Shown here piece after piece: positions 41,301 through 53,300 of a stretch of 64,000 nucleotides of DNA. Every line of letters starts with the position of its first letter. Within the stretch, counting starts at the first letter, position 1. The stretch is taken from contig NW_025765448.1 of NCBI RefSeq assembly GCF_003918875.1, positions 124,001 through 188,000 on the forward strand. The letters are read 5' to 3'. Made by a program: the position numbers and the translations under genes. The stretch comes from Haliotis rubra (Eukaryota). Under the pieces are notes generated by a model, which saw only the letters and a list, made by a program, of their open reading frames with translations, ran no database searches and was not told where the DNA came from.

Positions 41301-44300
41301 TTAGACGAAACAATTTTCAACATGTTCAAAATAGCTCTACGGTTAGCTTGAATGCCAACACCCTATTGTTACCGTAGTGTGAACGTAGTTGACCATAGTT
41401 CTCCCTAGTAGACGTAACTGACACTACTGCACCGAGATGTTGACCGTAGTACACCGTGGTAACATGGCACTACGATCGTGTTGACCGTAGTACACCGTGG
41501 TAACATGGCACTACGATCGTTTTGACCGTAGTACACCGTGGTAACATGGCACTACGATCAAACTACGGTTTACACCGTTAATCACTACAGTCCAGTAGAA
41601 CAACGTTCGTGACCGTAAGATGTGACCGCGGTTTTAGACAGTGCGTTTGAATTTTCATGGTGAATGTTGTGATGGGCAGTAGTCGGCTTTGGCCAACCAA
41701 AATCTATGGCCCCCTGACGTTCAAATCTCAATCAGATGTTTCCGTTGCACTATTTATCTCATTAAAGATATGAAATAGCAATAGTTGTGAGGCTGTTGTA
41801 TTGAATATCCCCGTCTTTTCAATGATAAATCATCGACTATATTCAGCCTTTGTGATAAGCGTGTTAATGCATCACTACCAAAACTTGAATAACTACCATA
41901 TCAGGTGTTAGAGATGTCACATGGCGCTTATCGGTTACTTCCAGCCTACTGCACACCTGGACATGTTTCGCTTTACGGCGTGGAGCCCTGCGCCCCCTGT
42001 CGGATAGGGGAGTATCATCCTGCAGGGGACGGAACTGAGTGCTTCACGTGCCCACCGGGAACGACGACCCAGACGACTGGGGCTACCGACTCACAACAGT
42101 GTCTGTGTAGGTAGTCGCTTGGTCACATGGTTATCCTGTCATAATGTATTGGTTACTACTCAAACACTACTCACAACAGTGTCTGTGTAGGTAGTCGCTT
42201 GGTCACATGGATATCCTGTCATAATGTATTGGTTACTACTCAAACACTACTCACAACAGTGTCTGTGTAGGTAGTCGCTTGGTCACATGGATATCCTGTC
42301 ATAATGTATTGGTTACTACTCAAACACTACTCACAACAGTGTCTGTGTAGGTAGTCGCTTGGTCACATGGATATCCTGTCATATTGTATTGGTTACAACT
42401 CAAACACTACTCACAACAGTGTCTGTGTAGGTAGTCGCTTGGTCACATGGATATCATGTCATATTGTATTGGTTACATCTCAAACACTACTCACAACAGT
42501 GTCTGTGTAGGTAGTCGCTTGGTCACATGGATATCCTGTCATATTGTATTGGTTACAACTCAAACACTAATTTTATGACAGAATGAGAACAAAATTAACA
42601 CTAGGGCCTCGTTTTACAAAGTTATCACAGCGCTACGACTGTCGTAATTCTACGTTACAGTATAGGAGGTACGACAGTCGTAGTGCTACGATAGCTTTGT
42701 GAAACGGGGCCCTTACGTTTAAAAACAAACAGACATATTTGATGGTTCACCAATCATATCCAACCATATGCAATACATAAAACGTATTGTTCATATCTTA
42801 TAATTATACTTTGACTATTTTAAGACGGGTGTTAATATATGTTAGCTAGTCGAGCCTGGACCAGACAATCAAGTGATGAACCATTAGCAGTGATCTACGC
42901 AATTGGGATACGATGACATGTGTCAACCAGGTCAGACAGCCTGACCACCCGATCCCGTTAGTCATCTCTTACGACAAACATGGGTTACTGAAGATCAATT
43001 CTAACCCGGACTATCCGGAATAGGTTTTGCTCTATCATCATAATACGAAAACACAGTTTTCACGTAGGTGAACTCAATAACAGTTTGAATGTGTTGTTTA
43101 TCTGGTAGAGTTATATGAATCGACCTTTACTTTGCGTACCTTTCCCCCATCTTTGCAGCTTATGAGATGGCTCTTGAAGGGCCTTGCAGTTTGACCACAG
43201 ATAATCAACTTACCGACTCTACGAATGACTTCACTTTGACCATGTGGATGAAGATGAAATCAGAGGTCCAGATGTCCATCAAGGTTACAGAGGCTTCGGC
43301 TGGAGATCAGCTGGACATGAACATCGGAAACGTGATTTCTGTATCTCTTCACGGGTGAGTGTTCAAAGTTATGCTTGCAATGTTTAACGATAAGGAAACT
43401 TATAATTTAAAACTTATAGAAATTATCAATTATTTCTTGGCCGACATCCTTTATTGGTTAAATCTGGTAATTTTTTAGCATTTCTTTGAGTGGCATTTTC
43501 GAAGTTGGTGTCACTAGAAACTTTAATGATGACAACTTCTTTTATTCCGTGAAAGTGACGTTTTGATACAGACATTTGTACAATAAAATGAAGTCCACAA
43601 AGTTTGTCAACAATTTTAGCATGTGTTTATTGTCAATTATGCATACATGCTGATCGAGCCGAACAAATTGAGTGTTACGCAATTGTTATTTCCAATTAGG
43701 GGAAAAGATGAGCAAATGGTCCAACGTGTTGCAATATAAACTTTACAGATTCTGTGCTATGATTACGTTCTGGTGTCAAGGCACATGTCTCCACATTAAG
43801 ACGTCTTGGGATGGCAATATGTCGTTTGTTATTTCCAATTAGGGGAAAAGATGAGCAAATGGGCCAACGTGTTGCAATATAAACTTTACAGATTCTGTGC
43901 TATGATTATGTTCTGGTGTCAAGGCACATGTCTCCACATTAAGACGTCTTGGGATGGCAATATGTCATTTGTTTATCATTCTAAATACCATGCATGTTGC
44001 TCCTATTTGTCAATTTATAGTACAGAGGTCATGTCTGGCATCACCATGGAAACAGGGGTATGGGCATTCTTAGCCTTGACCTTCACTGGTACCGACAGTA
44101 CGTTGAGGCTCTCATAAGGGAGACAAAGAAGCGTCAGTGATGGCGATGGGATCCGTCACTTCCCCAGTTGTAGCGGCGGCGTCATCGATGGAAGTGAGCC
44201 TCGGCGATGCAGAAGGTAATCACTCTCCGTGTACCAGATTCGAAACGGTCGCAGGATCAATCTTACTTGACATGCGCGCTACCATACCAGCTAACGATAT

Positions 44301-47300
44301 GTGATAAGCCTCATAGATTAGATTCAGTGGTGTAGCTGTGTCAGAGCTCTCAATCCCCTTTATTTGTACATGCCAATATACCCTTATGGTTTAAAAGTTG
44401 GGTCATCGCAAGGAGACCCCTGGGTTCGATTCCGTTCTTGTGTCCCACGCCACCATTGCTGAATTTGAGGCGTAAAACAAACTTCACTCACCATACAGTT
44501 TGTGTTTCAGGGGCAACAATCCGAAGCATGTACCTGTTAAAAGGACACTTCTACCAGATGAAATATCAACAACGGCGGCCACGTGTGACGAGACTTATGA
44601 CGCCGATGTCGTCTTTTCCTTAGGAAGTATGAGTTCCACAACACCAGACAGGGTCGAGGTCCTAGCGCCAAGTTCATGCACAAGTGGGTTGTACATACGA
44701 TAAGACCATCTGATAATTATCGTGTCCTTCATTCAGTCACTACATATAATACATGTATAACATGTATCGTAGGTTGGCCATGGGGAATACAAATCTATAT
44801 CAACACATACAAGATTGTATTAATGCAAAGAGGGTTAGAACCGGTCCCACAGAAGCCGGGCTTATAAGAGGCGCCTCACCAGAATGGGTGGACAGTTTCA
44901 CAGACTCGACTGAGGCATGACCTCGAAGTCCAACTGTGTGTGTTGATGCTCATGATCTCAATCACTGGATTGTCTGATTATTTACAAAACATTAAAAGCT
45001 GGTCAATTGACACAAATAAATGTAAATACCAGATGAAATAACATCGGAATATTGTAAATACACTTAATTAGGAGTAGACTCATATTTTGTTGAGGATTTT
45101 CAAAGTGCCTCCAGAAACAATCATGAGATAGATACCGTTTCATTAATATTATACTGAAACTGATATGTTAACATAGCAAAAGTAACGTGGTTTCCGCAAT
45201 GCGGAAACCTGATAGAAAGTGGACTGAAACTTTACTTTCAACCTAGAATCCACTGAGTTACCATTCTATAAATTGAGTTTCCGCAGAAACGGAAACTTGC
45301 AATTAACCACTTTCTAAGGGTTTTCGCAAGGTATCCGTTACCCAGACTCCAACAGGTTTTAATTTTAAAGTAATACCAACATTTCATAGTTTATGTCATG
45401 TCAGAGACGGCAACTCCGTCCCAAACTCACTTATTCAGTCACACTTCATTCAAGGAAACCGTGTCTTGAATTTAATCAAAAAATGAACCCTAGAATGTGT
45501 ATTAGATGACTCGTTTTGCTGACCCGGGTGTTTTCGTATTTCACTGATTGCAGCCATTAACCCATGTGACCCGACTCCGTGCAACAACCACTTGTGTGTC
45601 ACAAACGGCTCCACCTACACCTGTGTATGTCAGAACGGCTTCACCGGTGAAGACTGTTCCGTGCCCCCAGACTTCTGTACTGACAACCTGTGTGAGAACG
45701 AGGCGACGTGTGTAACGGGGACCAGCAACTACTCCTGCATCTGTGCCCACGGGTATCAAGGAATGTTGTGTGGGTCACACATTGGTAGGTGACAGTGTTG
45801 GGCGTGGGTGTAAAGGGTATCAAGGAATGTTGTGTGGGTCACACATTGGTAGGTGACAGTGTGGGGACAGTGGGGTGTAAAGGGTATCAAGGAATGTTGT
45901 GTGGGTCACACATTGGTAGGTGACAGTGTGGGGCGTGGGTGTAAAGGGTATCAAGGAATGTTGTGTGGGTCACACATTGGTAGGTGACAGTGTGGGGCGT
46001 GGATGTAAAGTGTATCAAGGGATGTTGTGTGGGTCACATATTGGTAGGTGACAGTGTGGGGGTAAAGGGTATCAAGGGATGTTGTGTGGGTCACACATTG
46101 GTAGGTGACAGTGTGGGTGTAAAGGGTATCAAGGATGTTGTGTGGGTCACATTGGTAGGTGACAGTGTGGGGTAAAAAATGGGTAAAGGTATCAATGAAT
46201 GTGTGTCTCACACATTGGTAGGTGACAGTGTGGGGCGTGGGTGTAAAGGGTATCAAGGAATGTTGTGTGGGTCACACATTGGTAGGTGACAGTGTGGGGC
46301 GTGGGTGTAAAAGGTATCAAGACATGTTGAGAGGGTCACCCACTGGTAGGTGACAGTCAATGAACTGCTGGAGGGATGTTCGGGTCATGAATTGTTGACA
46401 ACTGACCAATGCCTGTTGATTAAGAAGGGTCGATGACCAGGCCGGTCGTGGGTCCCTGCTACAATTGTAGAATACTCACTGGTTGCTGTGATTATAAATA
46501 TAATATTGCTGATCTCCCTGTTATAGCGACACTGTAGTTGGTGTAGGCCACACATGGGTCAGCTTAGGCGCAGCGCACCTTTATTTCTGGCGTCAGGACA
46601 AAATGTCCACTTTTCTGTACGTGTGACAATTTTACTGGCGTGACATTTTCATAACGTGTGACATCGCTTTATCTCCTCAGTGAACGGAGGATATTCAGAG
46701 TGGTCCGAGTGGAGCACGTGCTCAAAGACATGTGGAGGAGGGGAGACAACTCGGTCCAGGGCTTGTGACAGCCCGCCACCGGGTGTTGATGGAGACAGCT
46801 GTGTGGGGGCAGACATGGAATCAGCCACATGTAACACAGAAGATTGTCAAGGTAACCGCACCTGTATTAGGGTTTAAAATCAAAGCTCTGACCATTAACA
46901 ACAAAAATATTATGCTCTTGCAAAGTCAACTTGGAATGACAAAACCATTCAATTCCTATGTACCGATTGCAACTTTAAAATAAATCCGTGTTAGCGTTTT
47001 ATTGAGGTTGTTTTGAGTTGACCTCATTTCATTGTTTCGCTTCACTGGAAGTGATATGATGGTTTTAATGTCTCTGAACAATAACATATATATAACTCTG
47101 AGAAGACTTTGCACGCACTTCCGTCCTGAACAAGATCCTAGGCCACCAGTTGCCCCTCAACCTGGGCCGTCCTGGTTCTACTCTATTGTAATAGGCGGCC
47201 TTAAAATCATGTCACTAATTCACTCACGAACGAACGATATCAGAATGACACACCCACTGTCATAAATACATATGACTATTGTAAGTTTAATTTCAATATT

Positions 47301-50300
47301 TGTCTAACAGGTGTGACACCAGACGTTATGAAAACTCAAACTTCTTTTTCAGAAAACCATTCAGATTCATTTATAGGGTGATTCTAAATATATCTAGTCT
47401 CAAAGAAAATCATATGGGCACGGTGAAAATGTCAAGCATTTGGTTGAAATTAAAACCAGATGATGACAAATAGTGACTTAAATACGTAAATGCAACTCAT
47501 TTTGACACGTAACTGAATGACTGGTGTGACATATTGTGAAGCAGCTTCTCTTGTTTTCATGATCCTCTGAACCCGTGAAGATCAGGGTTAGAATTGATCT
47601 TCAGCAACCCATGCTTGTCGTGAGAGGCGACTAACGGGATGGGATGGTCAGGCTCGCTGACTTGGTTGACACATGTCATCGTATCCCAATTGCGCAGATC
47701 GATGCCCATGCTGTTGATCACAGGATTGTCTGGTCCAGACTCGATTATTTACAGACCGCCGCCATAAAGCTGGAATATTGCTGAGTGCGGCGTAAAACTA
47801 AACTCACTCACTCTAATCACATACAAACGGACACTGAAAGAGTGCAATATTTGGATGAGATAAAAACAAAACCGATGATTCCGAAATGGTGACTTAAATC
47901 CTTAAATCCGAAATGATGTAAAGCTCCTTCTCGTGTTTTTATGGTCCTCTGGGTTTCTTTATAATTAACCTGTAGGTTGTGTGTTTAGTCTGCAGTGTAA
48001 GTCAGCTCCGTCTCGGCAAATACAACGATCCGTCCGGTCCAGATTGTAACAGTACTGATACAGAGATGAACTGTAGCGTCGCCTGCCTCCCTGGCTACTT
48101 TACATCCACCGTGCAGGTTACTCGCTTTACCTGCAAGGAGGGGGTCTGGACGCCGAGTCTCACCCTCACGTCGTGTACAGGTGAGTGAGTGAGTGTGTAT
48201 GGTTTTACCCGCTTTTAGCAATATTTCAGCAATATCACCCATGTGGGGAATCGAACCCGGGTCTGCAGCGTGTCGAGCGAATGCTTTAACCACAAGGCTA
48301 CCCCACCGCCCCAGTGTACAGCTGAGGGGATGCAGTTGGAAAAATCACAATGAGGAAACTCGACGAATATATATTTCCATGTTTTTGTTTATTGGTTCGG
48401 GGTCTTTTAAAGCAATACACCCAACAATATTACATCTCTCAGACAGTAGGCTGTAGATATTCGGGTCGGGACCAGAACATCTAGTGATTGACATCATGAG
48501 CATCGATTGTTTGTTTGTGTAATGTGGCACTCAGCAAGATCCCAGCTGTATGTAAACAAACGACTTTGGACCAGATAATCCAATGACTGACATCATGACT
48601 CGTGACAGGGATCTTCAGTGGATTCATGTCTAAAGCATCAACAATGAGTTTAGGGTGGTTATAATGTGTACAAGTATGTTCAGGTGACAGGGCTGTTTTT
48701 GTCTACTTTTGTGCATGTTCGCACTCAAACTGGAATACATGTTAACATGTATTTAAATATTTAGGTTTAATTTTACTGCAGGGTAAATCAACATACACAC
48801 GTTTTACAGCCAACCACAAACCTAGTGGCGACGTCGTGCCCATTTCACTTCTTGCCGCCTTTCTCTTGATTTAGCGACCTCAAGGAGGTCAAACCTTGGA
48901 CATAACATATCTTATATGGTATGGTCTGGCAATAAACTAGAATATGCTCACCCCAGTCAGAGGAACAATTGTGCCTAAAATTGATGCATTTGAAATCTCT
49001 CCAGACGTAACGTCTCCTTCGGCCTTGACCTTGGTTGCTGACGTCAACTATACCAGGGAGGGATGCCTTTCCGCATCAGAAGCCAATGGCCTGAAACAGC
49101 AACTTGAACAGAACATCAATTCGCTGCCTTGTGGTTCCGACCCTGATTGCAAATCCACGGTAAATGTCCCAGATTGCACTTCTGTAAATCCGGAGCCTTC
49201 TGCCAGAGTGGATTTAACCTTTGACCTACCGGAAGGTGATCTTGACCTTGCTGGCTACATAAGGACTAATACGGGTAAGCTGTCTCTGCGTGAAAACAAC
49301 TGTTTTAACAACGATGTTTTTGTGTATCATGATAAAATCAATAATTCTATATTCATTGTTTATTCGTGTTTATTTGTATTGGTTTTTTCAGCGTCTGTTG
49401 GACTTCAACGTGTCATCAGTGCTATAGAGATACTGGAAACATCAGGAGCCGAGCTTCAGGACAGAAGTGACATCTTTCAAGCTACATCCAACAACATCGT
49501 CTACATTCCAGGTCAGGTGGTCAACGTGATGGCCATGGCCGAGTGCCCGGTAGGGTCTGTCGCTGATAGTGGTTTCTGTGGTAAGAGCTAATTGCTGCAT
49601 TCAGGATTTACGGTACATTTGTCATAGTCCCTTTTTAATATCTTTTAGTTTCATATCCGTTTCCGTATCTTTTGTTAGCTACAACATTTATTCGTCCGAT
49701 GTTGGGTATACACCATACACTACATTGTAACACATGTTATCTTGGGTTCCTCACCCAATATACGAGCAGCCTCGTCTATATATGTAGCTGCAGTGACCAA
49801 ATTACCCATCCGATGATAGATTCGGACAATGTCAAAGAGGCCTTGTCAATGTTATGTAACAATGTGCATTTTGTTGAAATGATGCTTGTTGTCTGGGGCA
49901 TGAAACATGTAGCGTGCCTACCTATCAGCAACGCTTGTCTCCTTGGTCAGTTTGGGGAAATAATATGTCATTCCATGCCCGCAGAAGCGGTGGGGTAGCT
50001 AAGTGGTTAAAGCGTTCGCTCGTCACGCCGAAGACTCGGGTTCGATTTCAAACAAGGGTACAATGTGTGAAGCCCATTTCTGGTGTCCCTCGCCGTGATA
50101 TTGCTGGAATATTGCTAAAGCGGCGTAAAACCATACTCACTCGCTCATTCCATGATCTCTATTATCTGCAAAGGTTGGGTATATTTGAAGGGTGGGCATG
50201 AGAGTTAAGCGGTTAAGCCCTAAGGGTCGGTTTGAACATTAGCTTATACACAAATTACAGCTTAATGTCGAAAGAAAGGACGAATTCCCAGGGGTAGGTA

Positions 50301-53300
50301 AATATTGCGAACACTTTTAACCAGATCAGCGGTCATTCAGATTCAGGGAGAGTGAGTGAGTGAGCATAGTTGTACGCATTTTTTTAGCAATATTACAACA
50401 ACAGCACGGCGGGGGACACAAGAACTGAGCCTCACACATTGTACCCATGTTGGGAATCGAACCCGGGTCTTGGGCGTGACGAGCGAACGCTTTAACCACT
50501 AGGCTACCCCTCCAACCCCAGACTAAGGGAGAACGTAAGATCACTAGGCCACAGCTGAACTATTCACATACCGCATCGTTCATCAAAGGTGAGAATTTGT
50601 GGATGTCAACCTCGACGTTTGGGAGTATATTCTTACTCCTACATTAGGTGAATGAATAACTTGGAAGCAGATAGCAATAAGTACATGCGAAACAACAGCT
50701 GTGCTAAGACAAGATAACAATGATGGGCACTAAACAAGGGAAGCCAGTGGTCAATTGGCGCTGATTGGTCATGTCATTGAACAAATAGAAGACAGGAAAT
50801 AATCCAGGCATAAATAGTCCCATGGGTGATCAAACGCTGATGGGTAATGGACAATAATAAAGAAGTTGACATCCATAACGACTTCCCTTTTTTTGTGTTT
50901 TCTAAACGTCTTTCAAAGACTTAACATAGGTCTTCACATGTCCAGAAGTGATACTTGTGAAGGAATCATGGTGCCCCTTGTCATGTTCCCAGGATTCTGT
51001 TCCGCGGGTATGTACTACGAACAGAGCAGCAAAATCTGCCGTTTCTGTGGCAAAGGGACATATCAGGACCAAACAGGACAACTCAGCTGTCAGCCCTGTC
51101 CCCCAGGGAAGACCACGCCCTATCTTGGCGCGACACTCCTGGAGGATTGTCATGGTGAGTATGAAAGAAAGATCAAAAGAAGGACAGGAAGTAGACAGAA
51201 AGTAAGAGAAAGAGGGAGATAAAGGTAAAGAGAGAGATAAAAAAAAACGTTTCAACGTCATAAAGGATTTACCACATTTAATCAGACAGGTGCGTAGGTA
51301 GATAACATCTAAAGTATACTTATAGATAAACAAGTTACATAGATACGTAGGGATAGAAATTAGTGTTTTCATGTATCAAACCAAGATTATATGCTGTTTC
51401 ATTATGTTTCAGATACAGAATCAGATCCTCAACCCACAGAGACAAAGAATAACCAAGAAGGTAATTACTTTACACTATTCCAGTAGTCCTGTCACTACTT
51501 CCACCTAGAATATTATTCCCGTGTAAGACATGTTGAGTTTTCATGGAAGCAACGAAGGAAACGAACGATGAAACTGAAGCCTTGGTATGGCTGGTTGTCT
51601 GTGAAGGATATACTCGACAGGCAAAAAACTTAGGTTCGAAGTCCGTCTTTTTGTGTCCCTGACACGATATTGCTAGAAAATTGCGAATCACAGAAGGGCC
51701 CTTGAAATCTTGATCCTCAAGAAGGTCTTGTTGGCGATTTCACATGTTACTAATCCTAATGGATGGTAGTCTTGAAATGACCTCGAGTCGATGTCGTTTA
51801 GAATTTGAATTTGACAAATTTAGGGGCATAGTCAAGATGGTTTCTGAAATAGGTACACGTGTATTACGGACCAGGTATATAAATTACATGTTTTCCGCCG
51901 CTGGTGTTGTCACTGGTTTCCAGTGGTCCGTTCACGTGATATACACAACTGTTTATCCTTTGTAGTAAATGGTGTTAGTCTGTTGGTTGTTCTCATGAAA
52001 AGACGTTCTATATTTCCAGAAAGTGGACTGACTCCAAACTCTGCTGAAGCCACACCGACGAGGTCCTCCGGGAATGTCGATACCAATCTTGGTCAACCAG
52101 GTCAGTTGCAAACATTTGTTGTTACAGATAACTTTCTTTATCTCTCAGACATTGGCAAATGTGTCACGAAAAATGTGTCAAGTTACGAGAAGAGTAAAGT
52201 TTTGAGACCAACTTGAATGGTCGATGGCGTGAGATGTTTCTCAGAATATCAATCAGTGGTTTGTCTGGCTCAGTTATTTGCAGGCAGCAATGATATAACT
52301 GGAATATGGCTGACAAAAGACTAAAGAGGACAACTAAAAAAGCTCAAAACTAGTTCAGAAAATAATTTGGTACTTTTGACATTTTCAAAACCAAATACAT
52401 ACGTGTGTTGGAATCATGACAACATCAACTATGATGTTTGCTGTTGCCACAGGCTCCACCTCGCCAAGTAAGGAGAAGATCTCGGGTACGACTATCATCA
52501 TGATAGTGGGTTCTGCTGCTGCTCTCGGTGGTCTTGGAATCATCATCGCCTTCTCGGTCGTTATCTACAAGAAGCTCTCAGGGTAGGTGGACCTCCTCCA
52601 AGGATTTGGTTTGGTTGATGTTATCGCCACACTCAGCAATATTTCAGCTACATGGCAGCGGTCTGTAAATAAACGATTCTGGACCAGACAATCCAGTGAT
52701 CATACGATGACATGAGTCAACCAAGTCTGACCAAGACTGACCACCCGATACCATTAGTCGCCTCTTACGACAAGCATGGTTTGCTAGAGACCAATTCTTA
52801 CCCGGATGTTCACGGATTCCTCCAAGGAATGAGCATCTGCCCGAAGAGTGAAGGGTCAGTTGTTCGCTTCCGGCTGCTTAAAACATGATACTTGTTGTTA
52901 CCCTGTCTTGTGCTCGTCTTTAACAGTTTAGGTCGACTCGAGGTCTTTCAACAGGCCTCCACTTGAAGACCTCAGAGATGTATTTTCACCGGAAATAGCA
53001 GATGTTGTCCATATAGTCTAAGACCAAACCAAAAGATGTTGAAAACTGTACTTCTTGGCCCTCAGTATTGGTGGGAATAAACCATGGCCGGTCGGCTCGG
53101 GATTATGGTACTGTGTTTGAGTAGGGTATTTAAACAAGGGCATGGTTACTCAGTGGGCTAACACTATTAGACTGGTAGTAGTCATTTACAATGAGGGAGT
53201 GAGTATGGTTTTACACCGCCTTTAGCAATATTCGAGCAATATCACGGCGGGGGACACCAGAAATAGGCTTCTAATATTTTACCCATGTGGAATTGTACCA

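Noticed and set aside
44115-44117. Programmed readthrough or selenocysteine at the in-frame stop
   Set aside because: The stop is TAA, not TGA, and the shifted frame fits the pentraxin pattern better.
49987-50062. tRNA-like sequences with A/B boxes (many copies)
   Set aside because: They continue into a shared SINE body and microsatellite tail and lack an intact cloverleaf: SINE heads, not tRNA genes.
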